This document shows, in pieces, positions 13,801 to 26,541 of a DNA stretch of 64,000 nt. A program made the position numbers and the translations under genes. Source of the DNA: Lama glama (Eukaryota); the NCBI GenBank assembly GCA_028534125.1, contig CM052816.1, positions 40,798,001 through 40,862,000 of the forward strand, in the 5' to 3' direction. The number at the start of each line of letters is the position of its first letter. The first letter of the stretch is position 1. A model generated the notes under the pieces. The model was given only the letters and a program-made list of their open reading frames with translations, was not told where the DNA came from and searched no databases.

Positions 13801-14060
13801 CTATAAATTTTGGAATTGTTTGTTCTAGTTCTGTGAAAAATGTCATGAGTATCTTGACAGGGATTGCACTGGATCTGTAAGTTGCTTTGGGTAGTACAGC
13901 TACTTTGATAATGTTCACTCTTAGAATCCAAGAGCACAAGGTATCTTTCCATTTCTTTGTATCATCTTCAATTTCCTTCATCAGTGTTTTAACTTTCAGA
14001 GTAGAGGTAACTTCCTTGGTTTAGTATGTTCCTAGGTGTTTTGTTGTTTTCGATGCAATG
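13801..14060 (-). mobile_element. LINE-1 ORF2 fragment
   Basis: ORF 13784-13981 [60 protein letters not shown] is L1 ORF2p. Confidence 0.95.
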
Positions 14061-14119
14061 AAAATGTTTATGCCAGTTATAAAATTCTAGATTTTGAAGT
14101 GGAAAACAAAAGTGAATGA

Positions 14120-14290
14120 AGGTCTGCAAATGGCAAAATATCCTTCTTTTCTATGGGTGAGTCACATTCCATTGAATATGCTGCAACTTCTCTACCCATT
14201 CCTCTATTGACGTGCCCATAGAATACTTCCATATCTTGATAATTATAATGTTGCTGTTAATAGCAGGGTGTGTGTATCTTTTTGAATTAA
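14120..14290 (-). mobile_element. LINE-1 ORF2 3' end fragment
   Basis: gcaaatggcaaaatatccttctttt...acccattcctctattgac...ttccatatcttg...gtgtatctttttgaatta. Confidence 0.75.
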
Positions 14291-14529
14291 TTCTTATTTT
14301 GTGATTGGCTTTATTCCTTTGATAACTATGTAAGTTTAAAAAGCTAAAGATCTAAATGTTCTTAGAAACAATGAACAATACATATGTGTAAATTTTTTAA
14401 AAAGTGCAGTATATTGTGTATATGTATTTATATGCAATATATTGTATATGTGCAGTCAAATTGTAACAATTCTACCTAATAAAACCGAAAAACAAACAAA
14501 AAAAGAGTAGAGTAGTAGGTAAACACACC

Positions 14530-14690
14530 AGCTTAAACACCAGCTTTCTACCACTGGTTTTGCGGCCAACAAGCTGTGCCTTCAGGTCTGTAACCTGCCT
14601 CCTCTGGGCCTTAATTCCTTCAGCGCTAGAAGAAAAGAACTGAAGTAGCTGGAGCATAAAGCTCCACTGAACTCTACAGCTTTATGATTG
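14530..14690 (+). mobile_element. MIR SINE remnant
   Basis: agctgtgccttcagg...ctctgggccttaattccttc...ctctacagctttatgatt resembles the MIR core and 3' end. Confidence 0.55.
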
Positions 14691-14726
14691 TTTTGGATTC
14701 ATTTTTCCCACACTCAGGACATTTGC

Positions 14727-14915
14727 CAGAGGCGTATAAAAGTTTTGTGGGGCCCAGTGCCTAGTTCATCTGAGAGGCGATTTTAAAGAATGAGAACGGA
14801 ACACTCTTACTACTGCAGACTGTCAAAAATGTATGTCAGCGTGAACATAGTTGTAGGGCCCTTAACAGGGCCTTAGAAGAGATGCGTGCAAGCTTCCTTG
14901 TGAATTTGCCTTCAG
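14727..14915. mobile_element. Ancient hAT-like DNA transposon remnant
   Basis: cagaggcgta...ttttgtggggccc and gggcccttaacagggccttagaag...gtgaatttgcc resemble old hAT/MamRep elements; family uncertain. Confidence 0.4.
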
Positions 14916-15205
14916 TGACACCACTAAAGTTCTGTTTGTGGGTGTGAAAGAGAAAATAGATGATGGAATGTTTACTGGTTACCCAGGAACACTCTCTATC
15001 CTCGGTCCTTTTCTGTCCAAAGTATGGGTGTGGGGAGTAGAGAAGCGGTCCATTCTTAGTGAATACTATAAGAAATGGGAGTATCTTATTCCCAGGGAAG
15101 TTCAAAAAGCCTCTTTAAGAACCATACCAGGTAGGTAAGACAAAGTTGCTCTGGTTATGAAGACAAAGGACGTATCAAGTACCTACTTATTTTCATTTCA
15201 TCTAG

Positions 15206-16384
15206 TAAACCCACAGACAGTGACAAGGGAGGCAAGAATATACAATGGAGAAAAAACAGTCTCTTCAGCAAGTGGTATTGGGAAAGCTAGATAGCCACAT
15301 GTAAATCAATGAAGTTAGAACACTCCCTCACACCATGCACAACAATAAACTCAAAATGGATTAAAGGCTTAAATATAGACAGGATACCATAAATCTCCTA
15401 GAAGGGAACATAGGCAAAACATTCTCTGACATAATTCTTAGCACTGTTCTTCTAGGGCAGTCTACCCAGGCAATGGAAGTAAAAGAAAAACCCAACACAT
15501 GGGATCTAATTAAACTTACAAACTTTTGCACAGCAAAGGAAACTAAAACCAAAAAAGACAACCTACAGACTGGGAGGAAATATGTGCAAACAATGAGACT
15601 GACCAGTCAGAATGGCCATCATTAGAAAGTCCACAAACAATAAATGCTAAACAGGGTGTGGAGAAATGAGAACCTTCCTACACTGTTGGTGGGACTGTAA
15701 ATTGGTGCAGCCACTGTGGAGACTTTAAAAAACTAAGAATAGGCTTACCATATCATCCAGTGACCCCCTCCTTGGGCATATAGAAAACTAATTCAAAAAG
15801 ATACATTCACCTTAGCATTCATAGCAGCACTGTTTACAAAAGCCAAGACATAGAAGCAACCTAAATGTCCACTGACAGATGACTGGATGAAGTAGTCATG
15901 GTAAATGTGTGTAAACACATACACACACACACACACAATGGAATACTATTCAGTCATCAAAAGAATAAAATAGTGCCATTTACAGCAACATGGATGGCCC
16001 TGGAGATTGTCATTCTAAGTGAAGTAAACCAGAAAGAGAAAGACAAGTATCATATGATATCACTTACATATAGAATCTAAAAAAAAAAAATGACACAAAA
16101 CAGACACAGACTCAGACATAGAAAATACGGTTACCAAAGGGAATGGGTGGGGGAGGGATAAATCAGGAATTTGGGATTTGCAGATACTAACTACTATATA
16201 TAAAATACATAAAACAACAAGGTCCTACTATACAGCACAGGGAACTGTATTTAATAGCTTGTAATAACCTATAATGAAAAAGAATATGAAAAATAACATA
16301 TATATACATCTATAACTGAATCACTATGTTGTATACCAGAAACTAACATTATAAATCAACTGTACTTCAATAAACAAAAAAACA
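15206..16384 (+). mobile_element. 5'-truncated LINE-1 (ORF2 end, 3' UTR, A tail) with internal deletions
   Basis: gacaagggaggcaagaatatacaatgg; ORF2 terminus ...EVNQKEKDKYHMISL; 3' UTR cagatactaactactatatataaaat...agcacagggaact; aataaa and A tail. Confidence 0.95.
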
Positions 16385-16756
16385 ATACATCTGTATATTG
16401 GAAAAAGCAAGGACTCCCAAAAGCTATTGCAAAACTACATTTCTTTGACACTGTTATAAGCAATTTGGTAATCAAAGATTAATGTAATTAGTGACATGTC
16501 ACATGATAAGTGTATTTAACAGTATGAAAGCTACATGTAACTGTAAAAATAAATGTGTTAAGTATGGCTCAATCAACATTAGGTCTCAGGCTGTCCTGCC
16601 TTAGCCTCATAGCCCACTTACACATTTGATCTCAGAAAAATTCCATCTCACAAAACTCCCACTTTGCTGTAATCTAAAATATATTATGCATACTCATGTT
16701 TTCTGTTGATTTCTCATCTGCCTACTGTAACTCATTTGTTTGTATTTGTTTTTAAG

Positions 16757-16869
16757 GAAGATACAGCTTTCAAGTAACAAAGAGGACATTTATTTTTCAC
16801 TGACATCTAAGATGAATTACCAAACCCTTCAAGACACAGCAAGAAGAGGTTCATTATTTTCCCATGTTG
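16757..16869 (+). other. Candidate exon B
   Basis: Acceptor tttgtttgtatttgtttttaag| with upstream gtaac; donor TTG|gttaag. 113 nt, phase 2-1, open: KIQLSSNKEDIYFSLTSKMNYQTLQDTARRGSLFSHV. Confidence 0.3.
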
Positions 16870-17567
16870 GTTAAGGTCACTGAGAAAAAAAATAGTATGA
16901 AAACTTATTATTGCAGGAAGTCCTCAGCATCAACAATGAAATAATCTTTGATACTGAAAAGATGTATTATCCTTAGAGCTATGCCAAACTCAGGGTCTAC
17001 ACAGAATGTTCTTTTTTTTAAGTTCCAGTAACTTGTGTAAGTTACAGTTCTCTAAGAGCAGCTTTAACTCGTTTCTGTTAATTAGCAATTTCCTCTATTT
17101 TAATTCTATCAGTCAGAACAACTTCATTTTATTTCAGAATTGTGTGCCACAGTATAGAATTTCCTATTTTCTTTCTCTTGACAAAATACACATAGCAAAT
17201 GAAGATCTTATGTATAACTTGTTAAAAAAGAGGATGCTACATTGCATGTGCTTGTGGATAGTTATCCTTTGTACTAAAGTATTAATACATACCTTCACTT
17301 TGAGAATTATTGAAGTTTGCTAAATGCAAGAAAAGTTTACTTTAATATTGACAATGTTAACTGCTAATAACTCATAGATTAACATCAAATGACATTTTAT
17401 TCTTGGAATAAAAGTGAAATATGACTCCTCTGCTCTTATTTAGAATTTTACTATTAGCTCTGTGGAAATTGCCTGAAAAAATGCTTTGTATATGAATTCA
17501 ACCAATTACAGTGATACCGTTGCAATTATATGATTGACTTTCCTGAATGTAACTTTTCTTCTTACAG

Positions 17568-17611
17568 CTGTGCTTAGTAATTTTCTAGAATACACCTATC
17601 CACTATGTTCT
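17568..17611 (+). other. Candidate exon C
   Basis: Strong acceptor aacttttcttcttacag|, weak donor TCT|gtaaac. 44 nt, phase 1-0, reads (A)VLSNFLEYTYPLCS. Confidence 0.2.
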
Positions 17612-17719
17612 GTAAACTTACTGAAGAACTGAATATTACATGTTTAGAATATGTCTATTATATATATGTATCTAATAAAAAAAAACTAGACCTTCATCTG
17701 TAAACATTTAATGGCTGGA

Positions 17720-20460
17720 ATTTGGGAAATATGGTGGCAGTGGTGACTGCATAGATTTTGGTCTTCCCAAATACAGGTTAGAGCAACTAGATCGAGAAAC
17801 CAATGAATGTGTCTTCTCAAACTCCAAGATAAAAGCAGGTGGCAACCATGGGACCATACGAGCCTTCAGACCATGATACAAGTCCACAGCTCAGTTCTCA
17901 GAAAGATTCACCCTGACCAATGAGCTGCCGTTTGATGGTGTCCTGAAATGGGCAGCAATCAGATGAATGTATGCTCCATACCACTCAGTCTTGGGCTGGG
18001 AGCAGCCTTGGGAAAGCAGGCCTCTGTCTGCTGTGATAGAACCAATGAGCAGCAGATGGAGACTAATAGTCAGCAGTGTTACCCATAGCAGGTTCCAAAA
18101 GATATCTGAGCAGAACACCTCCCTGGCTACCACAGTCTACACATTAGAACTCATAATGGTTCTCATTGGACTTTTTTTCATGAAGGTTACTGACAAGAAC
18201 CACAGTGCCTTTTTCCCCTACTGTTGGTCTTCGAGCCACAACAGGGTAAGAATTCCAAGATAACATTTAGAAAAGATAGGACATGATAAAATATGTATGT
18301 GAGGCTGGATATTCAGCATCCTTGTGTGTCCATGAGGTTAAAAGTGATAAAAGAAAAAGGATATAAGGGACAAAGAGTACATTATAAAATTAAAATAGGT
18401 ATATTTGATGAAGTTAAACACAGAAACCCTAGTGTCTAGAATTCCCAAAATCAGCCTCTGAAATAAGAAATAATGAAGAATTGAAAGTTCAGACTAGACA
18501 AATGAAGTGAAAACTGAACTCAAATATATACCGAGATGTATAATTCTGTAAACAAAAGATAAGATAGAAAATATGAAATGGAATTTGAAGTATAGAAGAT
18601 AAAAAAGGTCTGTTAGACTTCTAATATTGTCTTCAGAAATTTAGAGATAATTTAAAGAATATATTCATTAATAAGGCAGTATTAATATTTTCCAGAACTA
18701 ACTTAAGTTATTCAATCAAACAACAAAACTATAATGGGTGCCAAACATAATAAACAAAAGCTAGTCCATATTAAGACACATAGTATCAAAATTACTGATT
18801 TAGCAAGTAAAGAAGATAGTATCACATTGTTCATCAAGGAATAATGTACTGACCACAGCAGCATTGGGTCTCGGAAGTTACTGAAATAAGCTCTTGAAAG
18901 TGCTGAAAGAAATTACTACAAATATAATTTGACACCAACCACACTATTATTAAAGGATAAATGTGAAACAAAAACATTTTAGATGTAATAAAAGGAAGAG
19001 AATTTGCCATTCTTCCTATGCTGAAAGAGCTACTAATGGATGTACCCCAGCAAGAAGGAATAAAGACCCAGAAAAAGGGAAGGGGATGTAAGAAGTAAAG
19101 ACAATGGTAAAACATATGGGTAAATTTGTATAACTATTGCGTATAAATACTAACAAAAGCCAGTGTCAGTTGATTTAGTTCTGGTAGAACTAAAATTTAA
19201 GAACAATGTAAAGGATGAGAGAAGTAGCTAGTTCAATTTAAATCTTTTAAGTGCCTTTCCTGACTCCACAGAAGAAGAAAGATACCTACTAATTTAACCT
19301 TTCTGAAAATTGTTTTAAAGTAACAACTAGAATAATGTAAATAAAAGTCTACTCCAAATTGAGAAACAAAAGAATAAAGAGTATGTAATTTGGAACAGGC
19401 ATTCTTAATATGGACATTTTGGGCCAACTGTTTGCTGTGTAGCATTGTCCTATGCATTGTAAGATGCTTAGTAACATCTCTAGACTTACCCATTTGATGT
19501 CAGTAACATCCCCCTGCATGTTGTGACCACCGTGGCAACCGAAAACAGCCTCACTTGGTAACCACTGATTAATCTAAGAGAGAAAAGGAGAGAAAAGAAA
19601 AACAGTCATTAGAAAACACAATATGTGTGATAGAAATACTTCAGATAGTTCAGTGATTATAATTAATGTAAAGTTGTTTCACAAATCACTTATTTAAACA
19701 AACTGAATTTTAAAAATCACAGCTATATACTATTTCAAAAATTCATATAATGATTCAGAAAGGTAGAAAATTAAGGAGTAGCCAAAACAAAATACCAGAC
19801 AATTCTGTAAAAGAAAGATGATAACAGTAATATTATGAGAATTTAAACAGAATTGCATAAAGGACAGTATCTAAAATATGAAGAATAATTCACCAAGATT
19901 AAAAAAAGCATGTGCTGCTATAAACTTTTTAGACTAAACTAAAAATATATAAAGCATGAATGAAAGTCAATAAAAATATTTAACATTTAATTTTTTTCAA
20001 ACTGAATCAGCCAGTGGAAAATTAATATAAATACTGACTAAAGGGTAGCTTATATATAAATTATATATTAATATTTATATATTAAATATTACATATAATA
20101 TGAATATATGAAGCATAATTTATATGAAATAATGTATACATATATGTATATGTATAGCAACATCTAGATAGATCAGTCTCAACATGCTAATAATAACTCC
20201 ATAACCACTGCCAAACATACGAACCCTTTGCAAAATATGATTATGTTTTAGGACACAAAATGACAAATTTATAAAAAATTTAAAAAGCAGTATTAAACAC
20301 CACAGAAGTCGTCTCCTTTGCACACCATGAGACACAAGACAGCCCTCCACTATCCCTTTTTATTTGTGGAACTTGAAAATAAACACTTCTAAAAAGCTCT
20401 GTTGCTTATAATGAATACCAGTGGAAATTACAAAATAGCTGGAAATACACAGAAGTGGAA
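17720..20460 (+). mobile_element. Ancient L1 (L1ME/HAL1-like) 5' region, ORF1 and ORF2 endonuclease remnants
   Basis: ggaaatatggtggcag start, long A-rich ORF1-like tract (ctgaaagagctactaatggatgtaccccagcaa), endonuclease-like cacagctatatactatttc; interrupted by MER20. Confidence 0.6.
19396..19567. mobile_element. MER20 (hAT-Charlie) DNA transposon
   Basis: ggacattttgggcc...tgtcctatgcattgtaagatgcttagtaacatc...gttgtgaccac...aaccactg matches the recalled MER20 consensus. Confidence 0.85.
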
Positions 20461-20869
20461 ATAAAACCATGTTTCTTCCTCTGAGCCCTTAAACCCTATC
20501 TTCCAGGTTGAGGAAGAGGCCCACACCGCTAGCCCGCCCCCCCACCGGTCACTTGGCCGTTGACAGGTATAAAGAGATCATAGTATCAGATCCAAGGGGT
20601 ACAAGAGAAACTTTCCCATTAAGACCACAGGGATTAAGCCCACATTTCTCAGAAATTTCTAACCCTGTTGTTGACAAGAGGCCCCCTTTCCCTCGGACAT
20701 CTACCTAAGCAACAAGTAGAGAAACCTCCAGAAACTCACCCTGGTATATGCCATCCTGCTCAAACCTTGCTACCGTTTATCTGCAGTGAATCCACCGAGA
20801 TTAATACCATGTCTGTGTATGTCAGTTACCCCAAAACTCCCTGGACTGCCAGGTTACCTTTCTATTTCC

Positions 20870-23180
20870 ATACCTTAATCCGAAAGCTCTGTTCATTCCT
20901 GTTATTTCTCCTGTTGCCATCTTAACTCCTTAAACTCTTTTACTCTATCCCCTGAAATTCACTGTTACGCATAGTTGTACATAAAATTCTCTGTACTGTC
21001 AACACATCATCTCAGTAATCCTTTCATTTGTTTCCCTCCAGTTGCAATCCAGCGATCACCTGGATACGCGAATTAGTGCACTAATTCCCTTGCAAGTTCT
21101 CTCAGTGGTGACTTTATTCTTCTCAGTGGTGGCTTTTTCTTCTTCTCAGAGTCCTTATGTCACTGCTCTTGGAGTTAACTAGGAATTCTTTTATTTCTAA
21201 GGCCGCATTTAGAACATCATTCCACCTTTTTGGGTAGCCATCTTCAAGGATAATCCTTAATAATTTTTAATCTCCTTGCATTCACACTTCCTTATAGTCA
21301 TCTCCCATGCTGACTAGGGCTGCCCTGCATAACAAATATGTTGTTGTGGGAAATGAGAGTGTGACCTCGAGGCTAGGTCACAGAAGACATCGAAGCCTCT
21401 GTCTTTATTCTTCTTGAGTCATGTGCTCTGAATCTGGCTACTGTGTGTTGAGGACACTTGCCAGTCCTGTGGAGAAGTCCACATTTTGAGCAACCGGGAC
21501 CTCCTTCCAACTACCAGCAGCAACTTGCCAACAATGTGAGTGAGCAGTGTTTGAAGTAAATCTTCCAGACTCAGTAAAGAAACTCTGATGATCCCAGTCA
21601 CAGCTGGCATAAAAACAGCGACATCACAGGAGAGATCCAAGGCAGAAGCACGCAGCAGAGCTGCTCCCGAATTCCTCACCAACAAAACCTCTGAAATATT
21701 TGCTGTGTTGTTAAACCCCTGAGATTTGAATTAATTGGTTTTGAAGCAAAATGTAAATAATACAACCATTGTTTCTAAAATCCCTAGCTTTGACCCTCAA
21801 CAGACTTATCAGCCCCCACATCTCATTACTGTCATCATCTGCCTGTAGCCCTAGGACATTACTCTTAATTTTCTAATGATTTAAGCTACGCTCTCACTGT
21901 GACTCTTCCCAGTATTACTCCAGTCATAATCCTTGGAAGTTTCAATATGTATAAATATAATCCTTCCAACACTCTAGCCGTTCAGTTCCTTGAACTCTGC
22001 TCTGCCAATTATTTTGTCCACATTCCTACTTTCAGCTACTCACTCCAGTGGTTATACCACAGAATTTACAATTGTTGAATATTTTAATTTTTCTATAACT
22101 TCAATTTTCTGTATCCTACTCTGTTATCACCAGCTTCTTTCTGCTAGCTCACTCACGCTAGTGCCCAAATGCCCACAATACTTCAATCTTTTTTTTTAGA
22201 TCTGTCATCTGTGATTCCGTGACTTGCCCCTGTCCTTCACTCTGGTGGACCTAAGTTCTGACTTGACCAGGGTACCCTTACAAAACAAAGTCCTTGTGAA
22301 GGTCAGCAGTGATCTGTCATTGCTTAATCCAGTGGTCATTCTTCACGTTCCCATGTCTTCCCCTCAAACGTTTTATGACTCTTGACACAACTGATCACTC
22401 CTTTTTCCTTTATGTATTTTCTTCACTTTATTTCTAGAACAACAAACTCTCTTCCTCTCATCTTTCCATATTTTTTTTTTTTGGTAGTTTCCTCTCTTTT
22501 ACCTCAGCTTCCAGTGTTGAAATTCTTTAGGGCTCCATCATTGGTACTTTTTTTCATCTATACTTTCTTCTTTGGTAATTCTATTCATTCTAATAGTTTT
22601 AATACCATCTCTGTGTTGACAAATTCCAAATTTATTTCTCCGGCTCAGATCTGTCCCAAATTCTAAACAAATATTATCTACCTACTCCACATGTCAAGTG
22701 AGAGGTGTAAACACTTCTTCTACCCACAAGAAACTGGATTCAAAGTATTTTCTTGCTCCACTTACAGCTCACATATTCGCCATTGATGGCAAATCACCCC
22801 TCCATTTGATCTGGCGAAGTATTTTGAAGTCATAATTGTGTACCAATACATTAGCAATACATTCTCTCCTTTAAAATTATATACAAGGTGTGCCCAGTAC
22901 TGTAATTCCTACCACCTGTTCTTGGCCACCATTATCTCTCAGAGCATCGCTGATTCTTCCCTGCATCTCTTTAATCTGTCCTTCACAGCAGCTGGAGCTG
23001 TTAGCTATACGTGTAAGTCACATACCCCTCGGCTAACTCTTTTACCTTCTTAAATCTTTGCTCAAATTTCTCCTTTTCAATGAGGCATATGCTAACTTTC
23101 CTATTTGATATTGCATTGTGCCTCCACTTCCCTCCCAATTTTTCTTAACCTCATCTGGGTTTTATATTTTTGATGGTACT
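20870..23180 (+). mobile_element. L2 LINE remnant split by an MLT1 LTR
   Basis: Pyrimidine-rich; cataatccttggaagtttcaat (ILGDFN-like), tgaaggtcagcagtgatctgtcattgcttaatccagtggtcattc, gttgacaaattccaaatttatttctcc and atctttgctcaaat are L2 hallmarks. Confidence 0.8.
21229..21764 (+). mobile_element. MLT1 (MaLR) solo LTR, MLT1F/G-like
   Basis: gggtagccatcttcaagg...gtgtgacctcgaggctaggtcacagaagac...taaacccctgagatttg...aataataca end; flanks acctt/accat resemble a 5-bp TSD. Confidence 0.85.
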
Positions 23181-23199
23181 CATCATTTTTTAAGGATCA

Positions 23200-24420
23200 A
23201 ACTATTTCTCTAAAAAATTTAATAAAATAGGTAAACTTAGAAGTAAAATGGAAAGAAATTGAGGGAGGGTGTTCAGATATAATGTTAGGAATGAAGTAGA
23301 AACATAATTAGAGATAACCATACAAATTACCAGAAAAGAGGAATCTTGTGCACAATTTTCTGCCAATAGCTTTTTGAAAACTGAGATGAGACAGACATTA
23401 TCATTTTTTAAAATTTATTAAATAAGAAAACCTAACTGTACCAATAGACAGAAATGAGAATAATAATAGTCTAAAAGCTTTGACAAACACCAACTAAAAA
23501 GTTGGTTCAGACATTGAAAAGCTGAATTTACTAAATAGTTCTGAAAATCAGTATCCCCAGTAGTGTTACCAAGAAATGGCTTGTGTGCCCGCAGCGCAGA
23601 AAGCCAGATTCTGGCAAGTGGGCTTTTGCTGCAAAGTAAGTGCTCATTTGCTTACAAGAAGAAGCAAGAAGAACACACAGCTCGTGCTCAAGAGACTCAA
23701 ATTCCCCAAGGGCTTTCAGGAAAGGGTTTTTAAAGATAGTGTTAGGAGAGAGGGTTATAGGATGCATGATCAACCTGTGGACCTTCTTCTCACTGGTTGA
23801 TGGTGAAGTAACAGGGTGGTGTTTCAGGAATCTCAATTTTCTGATTCTAACCAGTCTAGGTTTCTCGTGTTTGTGATCTGCATGTATTCACTGTCCAAAA
23901 CTTAGGTGGTGGTCTTAGTTTCTACAGAACAACTCAAAGATACGCATCAGACTGTTATCTTTGTCCATTCAGTGGGAACCATGAGTCCTGTGACTCTACT
24001 GTCCGAATCACTAACTGCTGGAGTCTGCTCTTTGGAACTAGGGGACAGTGCAGGAGAGTAAGCCTTTTTTTCTACAAACAAGAAACAGGGGACATGGAAA
24101 GGCTTTTGTACCTGGGAAGGACTGCCAGGGTGCTGCTTGATTTCAAGCCCCCTTTTCTTTGATACTCCTTAACCCTGAGGGGAACAAGGACAAGGACAAG
24201 AAAGGAAATAAAGTTCTGGACAGAGAGATTAATCACAAACTTACTGATGATTAGGGGGCCTCGGTTGCACTAAGACAAAATAGAAACAGGTATAAAGGTA
24301 CCCAAGTCATTTTCTGAGGCTGATATGACTGTCATGAACTAGGAGCTTCCAATATAATAAAAAATATAGGGTTCACTTAGTACTATTGATTTAAAAATAA
24401 AAAATAAATTAGCTCCCAAA
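23200..24420 (+). mobile_element. Ancient L1 ORF2 remnant interrupted by an ERV1 LTR
   Basis: A-rich degenerate ORF2 (aagaaaacctaactgtaccaatag; cattttctgaggctgatatgac) on both sides of the LTR. Confidence 0.5.
23564..24269 (-). mobile_element. ERV1 solo LTR (MER41-like)
   Basis: TG...CA bounded (tgttacc...ggttgca), about 706 bp; ctcgtgctcaagagactcaaattcccc...agggtttttaaag and ctacaaacaagaaacaggggacatgg motifs of MER41-type LTRs in reverse. Confidence 0.75.
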
Positions 24421-24923
24421 AGCTTTTTTTTTTTTTTGGCGAGGGGGAGGGGCAGTTAAGTTTGCTATATTGTTGCTCTCATGCTGTTCACTGTTCTTAA
24501 AGTTGGGTGATTCTCGGATGAGTGCATATTTTGTATCTTTTAACCTGTTTGTGGATACTTACTGGTTTACAGTTTAGTTGTCCTTTATTTTTTGTTACTG
24601 GGGATGGTCTATGTAGGTGTGGACACAGCTTCAGATAGTCTATCTTACTTCCAGTGAATGTCAACTTTGCTGAAAAGTGGGCTATAGTACTTGCTCATTT
24701 AGACTCTTGAGCTCTTCCTGCCTACTGGATATAACCAAACCTGTGCCTGTGTCCTTGCCCTCCTAACCACAATTCTGAAATAATTACTCAAGGCTAAAAG
24801 AATAAGTGTTCTTTTGTTAAATCCTCATTTTGGGAAGAATTTAACAGTGAGAAAGGATTTTACGATTCTCTGTGTGTGTGTGTGTATGATCCTAATACAA
24901 GACTACCAGCCATAATTGTTAGT

Positions 24924-25378
24924 TATAGTACTGGGCTGAAAAGTGGTCTCCCCAAAGATATATCCAAGTCCTAATCCATGAATATTATCTTATTTGGGAG
25001 AAAAAAAAAGTGTTTAAATATCTGACTAAAGATTTTGAGACGAGAAGATCATTCTGAATTATCCAGGTAGACACTAAATCCAATGACAAGCACTCTTATA
25101 GAAGAAAACACAGAAGTGGGCGGGGGGAGACACAAACACTGAGGAGAAGACAAGGCAGAGATTGGAGTGATGTGACTACAGCCAAGGGATGCCAAGGATT
25201 GCCAAAGGCCAATAGAAGATTCAAGAGGCAAAAAATGGATTCTCCCCTTTATGAGGAGTACAGCCCTGTCAGTACCCTGATTTTGGACTTTCAGCATCCA
25301 GAACTATGAAAGAAAAAGTTTCTGTAGTTTAACCCCCAAGCTTAGGTTAATTTGTTATGACATCACTAAGAAATGGTT
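24924..25378 (+). mobile_element. MLT1C-like MaLR solo LTR
   Basis: ccaaagatatatccaagtcctaatcc...ggcagagattggagtgatgtgactacagccaagg...ttttggactttcagcatccagaactatgaaag...aatttgttatg. Confidence 0.9.
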
Positions 25379-26527
25379 ACTTTCCTCTTTCTGGAAGATA
25401 CCACTTCTAGTTTTTGAATATCTGTGAAACTAGTCCTTTTTTTTTTTCAGTTTACTATCCTGTACATTTTATAATTTGGTTAAATTCTTCAATATTATCC
25501 AATCCACTTGCCATTTTTCAGAGATGCCTCATGAAATTTGAGTCGCTAAGTGTTTCTATCACTTAGAAGCAGAGGAGAAGATTGCCCATCGCATTGTTTA
25601 ATTTACTGAGTTGAATCAATCTTCTTCATATTCTGAATGTACTATTCTAATCCATTTTAACATAGTTACTATATTACAATTATTTAGAAGGAACTTTAAT
25701 TTTGATTTCAAATACTTCTTCAATTTCATTATTTTCATTTTTCTTAAATAGCTTGAATCAAAATGATTATAAAATACATAAAATGAACACTCCAACTAGT
25801 TTTTTACTCTAGTGTATCTTCCTTTTAGTTATTCATGTTCAAGTTACTCCAGCTATAATATAAAAGAATGAAAATGTAGAAATTAAATAATATTGTGGAT
25901 AAAGCATGTGGCTATCAGGCCATTTAACTTAAATAAGATTAATTTGGGAAGAGGTTTCTAACAGAATTGATATGAAAGTGTTAGCAAATTTCACTTTCAC
26001 TTAAATTGCTTTCATTGCTGATGAAGAAATAAGGGATAAAAATTAAAGTGGTAAATGATTTTCACAAGTTCCAGGGGGATTTGCATTATTTAGACTGTTT
26101 TTAAAGTTTCATTTCACACACTGAAGTTTTGAGAGCCTTAATTTTTTAAATACATGACAGATAGGATTCAGCCTTAGAAGACTGTGCTTTGACACTCTAC
26201 ATCAGTCATACTGCACACACTGAGATTTATCATCATTCACAGGCATTTTACACTCCCGTCAGAGGTTTAAAGCATGGTTATTAACACTTGTATTATAGAC
26301 TTTGAAGAAGCCCCTAGGGTTCTTCAGTCAGTTATGCAAGTTGAAACAGTAAATAACTAACTCAATTGTTAGAAGAGAAAAGACAGGTTATGTTTGTAGA
26401 GTTTTAACAATCAAGACAAAATTATTGGTCTCATGGTAGAAATTTAAATCTTATAATTAAGCTTATCACCCTGTGACCTTGAATGCTGATTTCTGAATTG
26501 ATGTTGAAAAAAGCTGCTGATTCCTAA

Positions 26528-26541
26528 GCTCCAGGTGGCAC
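26528..26541 (+). promoter_or_regulatory. CTCF-like core motif
   Basis: gctccaggtggcac versus CCASYAGRKGGCRS (12/14). Confidence 0.3.

Noticed and set aside
20040..20160. AT-rich quasi-palindromic stretch
   Set aside because: Decayed (TA)n low-complexity sequence.
23564..24269. Possible STAT1/GAS sites in the MER41-like LTR
   Set aside because: I found only ttcaggaa (2-nt spacer), not TTCN3GAA.
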